NCBI RefSeq assembly: GCF_000143415.4
Contig: NW_003314405.1
Coordinates: 206,282-270,281, forward strand
Direction: 5' to 3'
Source: Selaginella moellendorffii
Taxonomy: Eukaryota; Plantae; Lycopodiophyta
Length of the DNA stretch: 64,000 nt
Part shown: piece after piece, positions 43,091-53,301 of the stretch
Layout of the letters: the number at the start of each line of letters is the position of its first letter
How positions within the stretch are numbered: position 1 is the first letter of the stretch
Program-made: the position numbers and the translations under genes
The notes under the pieces: model-generated
Databases searched by the model: none
What the model was told of the DNA's origin: nothing
The model's input: the letters and a program-made list of their open reading frames with translations, nothing else

Positions 43091-45051
43091 GTACCATGAT
43101 TTCCTCCATCGTCACCTCCGATCACGCTTGCGAGCAGGAGATAACTCGGAGCCTCGTCGCTCCAGTTTGATCCATGTAGCAAGTTCTTTGCAGCAAAAGC
43201 TCCGTGACGATGGACTCGGTAACTTCTGCAAGATCCGAGGAAGCTCGTCCATTCCCAGATGTCTGGAACATACGGCATGGTACCGATTAAATCCCTGGCA
43301 TCATCCAAGTATCCAGCTCGAGCGAGCAAGTCGACCATGCAGCAATAGTGCTGCTTGGTGGCCTCCACGCCATAGTCTTGTCTCATCGACGCAAACCAGT
43401 TCCTCCCAAGGATCGGCTTGCCTTTGTGCGTGCAAGCGATGAGAATCGACGTGAGATTCGCTTGCTGGTGTGAGTGTGAGTCGATCAAACTTATCCGGTG
43501 GAAGAGCTGGAACGCTTGAGTCGAGTGTCCATTTTGAGCGTAAGCTCCAAGCAGCGCTGCATAGGCAACCGGATCATCGTTATCGGGCATCGCATCGAAG
43601 ATCTTTGCCGCTGTTTCGAGGTGTCCATTCTCGACGTGAGCAGTGACAATGGAGCAAGACGCAAAGAGGCTTTTCCTCGGCATGGTTTCGTACAACTCCT
43701 TTGCCTGGTGAAGATGCCCATTTCGGGCATATGCAGAGATCATCGCGCACAGCGACACTGTGTTCCTCACTGGCATCGCGTAAAAAACTCTTTTCGCGTC
43801 TTCCAGATAGCCTTTCTCCCCGAAAGCCGACAACATCAGATTCCAAGAGTACGGATCATGCTGTGGCATTCCATCGAAGATTCTCTTTGTCTCTTCGAGA
43901 TTTCCCTGTATGGCGTTTGCCGTGGCGAGGACATTCCACGACACGTGGTTGTTGTACGGCATAATACGAAACAGGGAGACCACGTCGTCAAGCCTTCCGT
44001 CTTGTGCATGCCCGGACAGTACGGCGTTCCACGACACCATGCTGTGGTACGGCATTTCCCGAAACAGGCCCTTGGCTCGCAAAAGTTGCCCGTTCTGGGC
44101 ATATGCTGAAAGCAACGCGTTAAACGACACTACGTTCCTTTCGCTCATGCTATCGAGAAAAGCCTCCGCTTCTTGGATTTTTCCAGCGTCGGCATAAAGA
44201 GAGACCATGGAATTCCACGACACAAGATTCCTCTCGGGCATCTTTTCAAACATCTCTCGAGCACGAAGAACGTAACCATTCTGAGCATACGCCGCAATCA
44301 GGACATTCCAGCTCACAATGTCTCTCTGTGGCATATCATCAAACAACGCTTTCGACTCTTCCATATGCCCATACACGGCATATGCCGAGAGCATCGCATT
44401 GAAGCTCTTGCAACTCCTCTCGGGCATTTTGTTAAACATGGCCTGAGCCTTTTCCAACTGCCAGTTCTGTCCGTACGCAGAGAGCATAACGTTCCACGAC
44501 ACCACGTTCCGTACTGGCATATTTCCAAACACAGACGCCGCATCCTCCAAATGCCCGTTCCTGGCAAGTGCTGTGACCAAGGCAGTCCACGTTACCAGAT
44601 TCTTTTCCGGCATTGCCCGAAAGACGCGCTGGGATTGGTCCAGCTGGTCGTTCTCTGCGTACCCTGCCAGCATGGCATTCCACGTGGCCAGGCTCCAAAA
44701 CGGCATTGCGGCAAAGATCTCCTCGGCTAGACCAAGATGCCCAGTTTGGGCGTATGCCGCGAGCATCGTGTTCCACGACACCAGATCTTTCTCTGGCATG
44801 GAATCCAGCAAGGCCCTGGCATCTTTGAGCTCCCCGGCGCGGCACAAGGCAGCGAGCATTAGGTTCCAGGAGAAGGAATCTTTGTCGCGAATGGCGTGGA
44901 AGACGTCGAGAGCATCCTCGAGCCTTCCACACTTTCCATAGGCTTCGATCATCTTGTTCTGGTGGAAAGTCGTGGGGGTGCCATCAGCGAAGCTACGAGG
45001 CGGTAGACTAGAGCCAGGCAGAGGTGACGAGCAAGCTATTGCGTAAATCAT
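43087..45051 (-). CDS. PLS-E (SS-rich) PPR protein
   Basis: Many MPxxNxVSWN repeats and KQHYCCMVDLLARAG...PSYLLLAS. Confidence 0.87.
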   Translation of the reverse strand: MIYAIACSSPLPGSSLPPRSFADGTPTTFHQNKMIEAYGKCGRLEDALDVFHAIRDKDSFSWNLMLAALCRAGELKDARALLDSMPEKDLVSWNTMLAAYAQTGHLGLAEEIFAAMPFWSLATWNAMLAGYAENDQLDQSQRVFRAMPEKNLVTWTALVTALARNGHLEDAASVFGNMPVRNVVSWNVMLSAYGQNWQLEKAQAMFNKMPERSCKSFNAMLSAYAVYGHMEESKALFDDMPQRDIVSWNVLIAAYAQNGYVLRAREMFEKMPERNLVSWNSMVSLYADAGKIQEAEAFLDSMSERNVVSFNALLSAYAQNGQLLRAKGLFREMPYHSMVSWNAVLSGHAQDGRLDDVVSLFRIMPYNNHVSWNVLATANAIQGNLEETKRIFDGMPQHDPYSWNLMLSAFGEKGYLEDAKRVFYAMPVRNTVSLCAMISAYARNGHLHQAKELYETMPRKSLFASCSIVTAHVENGHLETAAKIFDAMPDNDDPVAYAALLGAYAQNGHSTQAFQLFHRISLIDSHSHQQANLTSILIACTHKGKPILGRNWFASMRQDYGVEATKQHYCCMVDLLARAGYLDDARDLIGTMPYVPDIWEWTSFLGSCRSYRVHRHGAFAAKNLLHGSNWSDEAPSYLLLASVIGGDDGGNHGT

Positions 45052-45226
45052 CCAACTTCAAGAAGAGATCATCGCTCTTTTCCAAGAGAAAAAGCGAAGA
45101 ACAAAAAGGAACGATGGAGCTGGAAGAATAGCTAGAGAAGAAGAGAGAGAGAGAGAGAGAGAGCGAGAGCGTAACTCTACAGAGCTACTGAGCTATAGTG
45201 AAAGGAAAGAGATGGCTTACTTGCTG

Positions 45227-46096
45227 CTACATCCTCTTCTTCTTTCCCTGGCCGTTGGCATTCCCGTACTGCTGCGAGTGGAAATTCGCGAAGAGCATGA
45301 GCAGGATGATGTTGAAACCAAAGTTGAAGGACCAAGCCCCGATCCCAGCACAGCCCTCGCCCCCCAAATGGAGCACCATCATCGCCAGCGACACCACGAA
45401 GCTGAAGAGGAACTGATAGATCTGCAAGTTGGTCACCATCTTCTTCCACGGCGGGTGGAGCCCGAGGCTGCACAGCAAGTAGTACGTGTACATGGCGACG
45501 TGAACGCCGGTGTTGGTGAGCAGCGCGATCACCTGGAGCGACTGCGTGAACTGGAGCCAAAAGAAGCACATCACGATCACGGTCGAGTGGTGGAAGACGT
45601 GGAGGAACGTCAGCGGCTTCTTGCGGAGGATGAGGATAGCGGTGTCGAGCAGCTCGTAGAACTTGCTGAGGTAGTAAACGTAGGACCAGAAGAAGACCCT
45701 CCCCACGGATCTCGTCCCCAGCGGGAAGCACAGTAGCCAGTTGAGCCCCTTCTTCTTGTTCCACAGCCACCTGTTCTCCTGGATCTCAATCACCGTAGCT
45801 TGGAGGCAGCCGATAAACATGGCCGCAGATCCCACCACGAGAACGATGTTGTGCAGCACTGGCACCGGACCCAATGGAACCGGCCTCTTGCGGAAGCTGA
45901 GCAGGAGCCTGAGCAGCAGGACGAGCGAGAGGTAGAGCGGCACGGAGGCGACCAGGAACGTCCACGACGCACCGAAGGTGTTGAAGTCCCATCGGAATCT
46001 GGCAACCGGCGGGTGCTCCGCGGCCCAGTAGCGAATGCTCGAGCGGACGCTCCGCCAGGCAGTGCCATTGAAAGCATTGGTAGCACTGGCGGCCAT
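45227..46096 (-). CDS. ELO/GNS1-family fatty acid elongase (HOS3-like), intronless
   Basis: FFWSYVYYLSKFYELLDT, TFLHVFHH histidine box, NTGVHVAMYTYY, TNLQIYQF, C-terminal KKKRM ER-retrieval-like signal. Confidence 0.93.
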   Translation of the reverse strand: MAASATNAFNGTAWRSVRSSIRYWAAEHPPVARFRWDFNTFGASWTFLVASVPLYLSLVLLLRLLLSFRKRPVPLGPVPVLHNIVLVVGSAAMFIGCLQATVIEIQENRWLWNKKKGLNWLLCFPLGTRSVGRVFFWSYVYYLSKFYELLDTAILILRKKPLTFLHVFHHSTVIVMCFFWLQFTQSLQVIALLTNTGVHVAMYTYYLLCSLGLHPPWKKMVTNLQIYQFLFSFVVSLAMMVLHLGGEGCAGIGAWSFNFGFNIILLMLFANFHSQQYGNANGQGKKKRM

Positions 46097-46236
46097 TTAC
46101 CTCTTCAGCTTTTTTGCTGCTTCCCTTGCCTCTCGCTCTCTTAACCCCTAAATACTTTCTGAAAGCAAAGGAGAAAAAGCAATGTGAGAAGGTCGTCCAA
46201 AACTCACAGTTATTCAAAGATTCGACTGGCCCAGTC

Positions 46237-47975
46237 TCATGTAGTGTGCTCTGCGTAGAACTTGACAATGCTTTGGTCCAAGCGAAAGTAGTGAGGGATC
46301 TTGTCCAGCCGCTTCAAATCCAGGTCCAAGAATGATATCTGCGGAGTAAAGCTTGTCAAATGACTCTCATCATGGGGAGTAAAGACTATACCTTGTAGAC
46401 GTAAGATCTTCCAGTCGTTGGACAAGAGATGATGCTCCTGGTCACGGACGACGCAACGATGGAATCGTCAAGCGGCTTTAAGGTGACCATGAGGCTGCAA
46501 TCCTTCGCAGTGGCGGCTATAAGAAACTTGCAGAGATTTCGTCTTTGCTCATCAGCTGGCATGGAGTGGGGGCTTGCGAATAAAACGGATCGCTTGTCAA
46601 CGTCCGAATCGATGGAGCATCCTGTTTTGTCGGATCCACACTCCGGGCAGTGCAACCCCACGAAGCTATAGTACAGGTGTATGACGCCTTCAATGTCCAA
46701 ACTGTCAAGCTGTTGTGTCTGCAACAGCTTCCTCAGGGTCTCGCTGCTGTGCAAGATCTCCGCTATCAGCTTCTCGAGTACGTCCAACCTTTGGCCCGTC
46801 ACAGAATCCGTGAAGTCCACCAGAGATCTTTCTAGAAGATCACGGCTCGCACTGCTGTCAGTCGAGTCCTGTGCACCGTCTACACTTCCAGTGAAGATCC
46901 TGTTGCCGTCTTTGAAAACCCGTAAGTTGTTCTGAGGACTCTTGAACAAGGCGTTCAAAGCCTTGATTATTCCATCGCGCGTTCCAGAAAAGAGGTCAAG
47001 CGGGCAGTAAGAGCTAGAGCTTCGTATCTGTAGACAAAAGAAGAAAGAAGTTCATACTAGCTAGGTGAAAGAATCAATTTTGCATACCTTGCCTTGAACG
47101 AACTTGAGAAGCTGGTGCATTGCGAAGCGGGAAACCACCTTCTTCACGTGATTTTCGGTTGAAATGGCATCGGACTGTGGCAAGTATCCCCACTTGGGCT
47201 GAAAAAAAAGCCTGGCCATCACTAAAACCACAAGAGAAAGAAGAAACCAGACCTTTATCTCGATAGACAAGGTGGGAGAGTCGGATTCATTCGCTCTCAC
47301 GCCTGGAAAAGAGATGGTGCACTTAGAACTCTCCAAGTCAAACACCAAGCAACGAAACAAACCTGGAAACAAGGTGTGGTCGCACACGGCAAGAACGTTC
47401 TTGCTGGAAAAATCCAGGTCGGCTTCCTCAGCTCTCCATGCTGGTCGATTTGCTCGAATGTGTTGAGAAACGTCCTCCAAAAACTTTCTCGACACTGGGA
47501 CGATTACCTGGAAGAAAAAAACTTCGCGTAAGACGCATCTCATCTCTCGAGAAGAATGAGAAAGGATAGAAAGAAAAATCTTAGTAGAGAACACACACCC
47601 CGGAATCAACGTAGTCCTCACCCAGCAATGGCCGCATCACATCTCTCACGTATACGTGGCGCAATTCCTCTTCGTTGCTCGAGGACGCCACGGCAGGCCA
47701 ATCTTTCCAGAGATTTCTCTCCAGATCGGAGAGAACAGGAGCGCACCCCCCTCCATTCTCTCGCAGTGGCGCCTTCCGGATCCTCAGCACTGTTCCAAGC
47801 TGCATGGAAGAAGCTCGCTTGGCTGCATTCTATCGAAATCCCGAGAAAGAAAGAAATCCAGACTTACGAGCTGTGAATCCGATCCACGATAGTCGAGCAC
47901 AACATTGGATGCGCCTTCTCCCTTGTAGCGCCAGTCGCCAGCGGCATTTAGAGCGCCATCGCCACAAGCATGCAT
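46237..47975 (-). CDS. IPK1: Inositol-pentakisphosphate 2-kinase, multi-exon
   Basis: WRYKGEGASNVV, VLRIRK, IEIKPKWG, SRFAMHQ, YCPLDLFSG, PQNNLRVF, FLIAATAKDCSLMV, FLDLDLK. Confidence 0.93.
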
Positions 47976-47991
47976 TCCAATAGGCCTTCGT

Positions 47992-50832
47992 TTAGGGTTT
48001 ATACCTGGTGGAAATATTTCTTACCAGTTCTTGCGATTTCCCGCGAGGAGGAGGCATTCCTGCCGATCCAGCCAAAATCTTCGCCATCAATGTGTACGCT
48101 GCGCCGTGATTCTCATCCAAGCTCACTAGCGATCGAAATGCGAGCTCTCCAATCTCCACATTCTTCCATTTCTCGCAGGCTCCAAGCAGCGTCGTCCACG
48201 ACACCACTGTAGCGTCGTAGGGCATGCTCCGGATCATTGCTAGAGCCTCCTCCAAGCGATTCGCGCGTCCGAGAAGATCGATCATGCACTGGTAGTGCTC
48301 GATTCGAGGCTGGAATTCCATGCGCGCGAAGATTTTCTTGCCAGTTTCTACCAGGCCAGCACGGCTACACGCAGTGAGGATCGAGAGAAGCGTCACACCC
48401 CCCAGCTCGATGCCTTCATCGACCATTCTCTGGAAAGTTTCCAGTGCCCGGGAAGAATCTCCTTGGCCGCCATAGCCAGCAAGCACTGCGTTCCACAACA
48501 CCGTGCTCTTCGTGGCGATCGAATCAAAGACCTGGCAAGCAGCGCCCATCTTCCCACACTTGGCGTAGAAATCCACGAGCGAGCTCGCCACAAACTCCCG
48601 GCTTTCGAGTCCCTGGCGGCAGATCTCCGCGTGGATCGCTACTCCAGATTGGGGAGCCGCCATATTCGAGCACGCCGAGAGAGCCGCGACGTAAGTTCTA
48701 GCATCCATCGCCACTGTTTCAGCTCTCATGGACGCAAAGAGCTCGAGAGCTAGCTCGTTCTCGCCGCTGGCCGCGTATCCCAGGATCATCGAGTTCCATG
48801 GAATCGGCGAGGAGCTCCTTCTACGATCAAGCACCGCTCGAGCCTCGGCCATGCTGCCACACTTTGCGTAGAAATCCACCAGCGAGTTGGTGACGAAGAC
48901 GTTGTTATCGAAGAACTTCCTCGTGGCTCTTGAGTGGATCCTCCTCCCTCTCTCGAGAAGCTTTCTCCGGTCGGGCACTCCTTCTAACGATTCCACCATG
49001 CTCGAGCACGCCACCATCGCCGCTACGAATGTTCTCTCGTTAACTTGGGACGTTTCTTTGTAGCTCTCGAACATCTCCAACGCCAGCTCCGGTTTTCCAT
49101 TCTCGGCATAGCCTAGCAGCAGCGCGTTCAAGGCCACCACGCTCACGCTCGCTGGATCGAGATTTGGATTCCCAGCTCCACACTTCTCGTCAAAAACTCT
49201 GCGAGCTCGATCCATGCTACCACACTTGGAGTACATATCCACCAGCGTGCATGCAACGTAGACGTCGGAATCACACCCCTGCTCGGCTGCTCGATCGTGA
49301 AGATCAGTCCCTCTCTGGAGCCAGAAACTCTTCCTTCTCCGATGATCGTCCCCTTCTTCTCTCGCGGCTAAGCTCGACACTGCCATCATCGCTGCTACGA
49401 AGCTCTGTGAATCCGGCCGCTCGTCCATGCTGGCGAAGAACTTGAGAGCTACATCGCTCTCCCCGCTTGCTACATATCCCAGGATCATCGAGTTCCAAGC
49501 TGCCACCGTCGGGCTTGGCACCATCTCCCGGAAAACCTCAAGCGCGTCCTCCATGCTTCCACTCCTGGCGTACATCTCCACCAGAGCGCTCGCGACGTAA
49601 GCGTCTAAATCGAACTGGGACTTCGCAGCTTCGGCATGGATTGCCAGTCCTTTCTCCAAGCATCTCGCCTTGGAGAAAGCTCGGCCATCTTCTTCTTCTT
49701 CCTTGGAAGCAGTGGCCAAGCTCGAGCAAGCCACGAGCACGGCAACGTAAGTTCGATCGTTTGGAGCGCAGCCAGTGGCTTTCATCCGCTGGAACTTCTC
49801 CAGAGCCAGCTCGCTCTTGCCGTTGAGAACACACCCGTGGATCAGTGCGTTCCACGGAACCGGGTCGCGAGAAGGTGTGACAGCTGCGAAGGCGTTCTCG
49901 GCGTCCTCCAAGCTTCCACACCTCGAGTACATGTCGATGAGAGCGCTGGCCACGAAAACATCACCCCCGCAGCCACTCTCCACCGCTCGATGGTGCAAAT
50001 CCCTGCCTTTCTCCAAGCACCTCACTTTGAGAAGCCTGCCACCTTGATCTTTCACTGCCAAACTCGAGCAAGCCATCAATCCGGCCACGAACGTCCGAGA
50101 GTTTGGAGAACAGCCACTGCACTGCATAAGGTCGATCAACTCGAGAGCGATTTCTTCTTCACAGTTCTCCGCGTAGACCAGGATCAGCGACGTCCACGAA
50201 ACCACGTCGTGGCAGTCCATGCGGTCGAAAATCTTGCGAGCATCCACCAAGCTCCCGCATTTCCCACACAAATCCAGCATGGAGTTCGCGACAAAGATCT
50301 CTGTGTGACAGCCCTTCTTCGCAGCGTCAGAATAAAGAGCCATTCCTCTCGCCAAACTCTCCATCTTCACGAGCTTTCCATCGATGAGCTCTCCCTGTTC
50401 TTTGGTTGCCAGGCTAGAACAAGCCGCCAATCCAGCCACGAACGATCGACCATCTGGTTCGCAAGCCAATCCTCTCATCCTGGCAAAGAGTTCCAGCGCC
50501 AGAGAGCTCAGATCGTTCCTCACATACCCCAGGATCATCGCGTTCCAGGGAGCAGCATCGCGGCACTGGATGTGACTGTCAAAGGACTTCCGAGCTTCTC
50601 CAATCTCTCCACACCTGGAATACATATCGATGATCGCTGTCTGGGCATACTTGTCTATCTTGCCGACCTTGCCCGCGATGATCTTGCCGAGTTCCAGATC
50701 TTTCAAGACGCCGCAAGCCCTCAATGCCGCAACAAACTCTGCCGCCGGGCCAGCGCCATCGCTTGGCTCGCCAAAATACCTGGAAATCCAAGCGATCCCG
50801 CGCCTGGCCCTGCCGGCATTGCAGTATCTCAT
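47992..50832 (-). CDS. PLS-E PPR protein with insertion-bearing L motifs, 946 aa
   Basis: Repeated VDMYS(K/R)CGS / WNxMILGY / TFVAxLxACSSLA units and EHYQCMIDLLGRAN...AAYTLMA. Confidence 0.87.
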   Translation of the reverse strand: MRYCNAGRARRGIAWISRYFGEPSDGAGPAAEFVAALRACGVLKDLELGKIIAGKVGKIDKYAQTAIIDMYSRCGEIGEARKSFDSHIQCRDAAPWNAMILGYVRNDLSSLALELFARMRGLACEPDGRSFVAGLAACSSLATKEQGELIDGKLVKMESLARGMALYSDAAKKGCHTEIFVANSMLDLCGKCGSLVDARKIFDRMDCHDVVSWTSLILVYAENCEEEIALELIDLMQCSGCSPNSRTFVAGLMACSSLAVKDQGGRLLKVRCLEKGRDLHHRAVESGCGGDVFVASALIDMYSRCGSLEDAENAFAAVTPSRDPVPWNALIHGCVLNGKSELALEKFQRMKATGCAPNDRTYVAVLVACSSLATASKEEEEDGRAFSKARCLEKGLAIHAEAAKSQFDLDAYVASALVEMYARSGSMEDALEVFREMVPSPTVAAWNSMILGYVASGESDVALKFFASMDERPDSQSFVAAMMAVSSLAAREEGDDHRRRKSFWLQRGTDLHDRAAEQGCDSDVYVACTLVDMYSKCGSMDRARRVFDEKCGAGNPNLDPASVSVVALNALLLGYAENGKPELALEMFESYKETSQVNERTFVAAMVACSSMVESLEGVPDRRKLLERGRRIHSRATRKFFDNNVFVTNSLVDFYAKCGSMAEARAVLDRRRSSSPIPWNSMILGYAASGENELALELFASMRAETVAMDARTYVAALSACSNMAAPQSGVAIHAEICRQGLESREFVASSLVDFYAKCGKMGAACQVFDSIATKSTVLWNAVLAGYGGQGDSSRALETFQRMVDEGIELGGVTLLSILTACSRAGLVETGKKIFARMEFQPRIEHYQCMIDLLGRANRLEEALAMIRSMPYDATVVSWTTLLGACEKWKNVEIGELAFRSLVSLDENHGAAYTLMAKILAGSAGMPPPRGKSQELVRNISTRYKP

Positions 50833-50861
50833 TCATTCTCTCAAGAACCCTAGGACAAGAG

Positions 50862-52865
50862 CTAGGGCTCTTGACTACTACAAATGCTGGCCAAGAACAC
50901 ATAGGCTCTGGGATTTCGTGGATCTAAGCGGAGGATCTGCCGTGCCGCGTCGATCGCCATGCCGAAATCCTTGAATTTAATGCAGGATCCGAGAAGACAC
51001 AGCCAATCCGAGCTATCGGCGAAGAATGGCATGCTCTCTATCAGATTCTTCGCAAACCCGAGGTATCCTGCGCGACCCAGGAGATCGATCAAGCAGCTAT
51101 AGTGCTGCTTCGTGGCCGCCATTCCAAAATCCCTGCCCATCGACGCGAATTTCGCCCTCCCATCACTCAGTCCTCCTTGCTGGCTGCAAGCGATCAAGAG
51201 CGCCACGAAGCACAGCTCGTCGGGCGATTCGAGCGTGCTCATCTCCGAGAAGAGATCGATCACGCCGCGCCAATCGCCCTTGCGGCAGCAAGCGCCCATC
51301 ATCCCACTCCATGGTCGCTTGAAGGCTACTGGCATCCTGTCAAAGAGATCCCTGGCGCGATCGAGGGTCTCGTCCGCCCTAGCAAGCGCAGCAATCACAG
51401 TGCTCCATGAGGTGGAGCTCCTTGCCGGGATCGCGTGAAAGAACTCCAAGCATTTTGAAATATCCCCAGTTAGGGTAATTGCAGCGAGCATCGTGTTTGT
51501 AGCAATAGCATCGTGCTCGGGCATCAAAACAAATATCGCTTTCGCCCTATCCACGTACCCGTGCATGGCATAACACTTCATTAGTGATGTCCATGTCACC
51601 ACACCCTTGTTGGGTATAAGCTGGAAGAAACTCTCTGTTTTCTGCAATTGCCCATATACGGCAATTGCTGATAGCATTGAATTCCAGAAAATTTCATCCT
51701 TGTCTGAAAAAGAAGGGCAACTAAATAGTGTTTTGGATTTCTCTATCTGTCCACTTGGCGCGTACAGTCCGATCATTGTCGTCAAGAGCGCCATATCAAG
51801 CCTCGGGATTTTTTCGAGCAAATACTCGGCTTGGATCAAATCCCCGTGGCGAGATAGCGCAGTTAGCATTGCGCTGGAAGAGATTAGATCCCAGCATGGC
51901 ATATCGCAAAAGAAAATGTTCTTGGCCATGTCCATATTCCCGGCTTGCGAGTAGAGATTGATGATACACGTAAATGACACCAAGCTTCTCTCTTTCATCT
52001 CATCAAAGACTCTTTGTGCTTGATCGATCGATCCGTCTCCAGAATTTGTGGCAATCATCGTGTTCCAAGTGAGGAGATCTCGCTCGGGCATTCGATCAAA
52101 CAGCTCTCTTGCATTGACAACGAGACCAGCTTCGCACAGACAGTGGAGTAGTGTGTTGTAGGAACTGAGCGTTCTCATGGGGATGAGATGGAAAATTTGT
52201 AGCGCTAGGTTGATATGATCTGGGCTAGAGCAAACTGCTCCCAGCACCGAATTCCAGCTGACCTGATCCCTCTCAGGCATCTCTTGAAATACCTTAAAGC
52301 AATCTTGAATACGCCCTTCATGAGCATATACTGATAGCATTACGTTCCAAGTGATCAAATCCCTGACTGGAATTCCATGAAATATAAAGATTGCATCAGA
52401 AACATTTCGGTTTTGAACGTAAGTTGTGAGAAGCGTGTTCCACGACACTAAAATTTTCTCTGGCATCTTATCAAACACTCGTTTTGCCTTGTCTACATCC
52501 CCAATGCAGGCATATGCTGCTAGTAATGAGTTCCAAGATACAGAATCCCACGCTGGCATTTTATCAAACAGCTGATTAGCTTTAACAGCTTCATCAGCAC
52601 GACCATACGATGTGAGCATTGAGTTATAGATTGCAATGTCTTTTTGCGGTATTTTCTCAAAGAAAATTCTTGCTTGTTCAAGGTACCCTGATCGAGCATA
52701 AGCAGTAAGAACCATATTCCACAGCATCAAGCTGTGGTGTGGCATCTGATCGAACAAAGCTTTGGCCTCCTCCAGTTTCCTCTTGCTGGTCAACTCATGA
52801 AGCATCCTTTCGTTGATACTAGTTGACTCAAAAATTCTCATGGATTGGGAGAGCATGTAAGACAT
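50862..52865 (-). CDS. PLS-E (SS-rich) PPR protein
   Basis: MPERDxxSWN repeats and KQHYSCLIDLLGRAG...LDPRNPRAYVFL. First ATG at 52865. Confidence 0.85.
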   Translation of the reverse strand: MSYMLSQSMRIFESTSINERMLHELTSKRKLEEAKALFDQMPHHSLMLWNMVLTAYARSGYLEQARIFFEKIPQKDIAIYNSMLTSYGRADEAVKANQLFDKMPAWDSVSWNSLLAAYACIGDVDKAKRVFDKMPEKILVSWNTLLTTYVQNRNVSDAIFIFHGIPVRDLITWNVMLSVYAHEGRIQDCFKVFQEMPERDQVSWNSVLGAVCSSPDHINLALQIFHLIPMRTLSSYNTLLHCLCEAGLVVNARELFDRMPERDLLTWNTMIATNSGDGSIDQAQRVFDEMKERSLVSFTCIINLYSQAGNMDMAKNIFFCDMPCWDLISSSAMLTALSRHGDLIQAEYLLEKIPRLDMALLTTMIGLYAPSGQIEKSKTLFSCPSFSDKDEIFWNSMLSAIAVYGQLQKTESFFQLIPNKGVVTWTSLMKCYAMHGYVDRAKAIFVLMPEHDAIATNTMLAAITLTGDISKCLEFFHAIPARSSTSWSTVIAALARADETLDRARDLFDRMPVAFKRPWSGMMGACCRKGDWRGVIDLFSEMSTLESPDELCFVALLIACSQQGGLSDGRAKFASMGRDFGMAATKQHYSCLIDLLGRAGYLGFAKNLIESMPFFADSSDWLCLLGSCIKFKDFGMAIDAARQILRLDPRNPRAYVFLASICSSQEP

Positions 52866-53301
52866 TGTTTTATTATAAGAATTATTAACAGAACTAGTCA
52901 ATCGATTTCCTTAAGATGGAGCTGCTAGAGAAGCATGGCCTGACTTGCACATCTTCTTTGAGAGAAAAACCTTTCAGAATAAATAGCCATTGGGTTGTCA
53001 GCATAAATCACTTACACCTCGTCAAACTTTCCTTCTGGTCCATCATATTATCATCGAGCAGAGGGATTGTGCAAGAGTAGAAGTTACCAAAGTATGGTGG
53101 TCGTAGGAAGTGGTGATATTGATGGAAACTATTTGGCATGCTTGCAGCTGAAGAGATCACACTGCTGTGAGTCTGTTGTGCGGGGATGTGATAAGGTCTT
53201 GCCTGAGTGCTGAATGTCCCACTAGAAAGCTTCTGTAGTCGTGATGAATTGCTGTGAAGATCAAATCCATCACCTTCGTCAACATGACACCGTCGAAAGA
53301 A

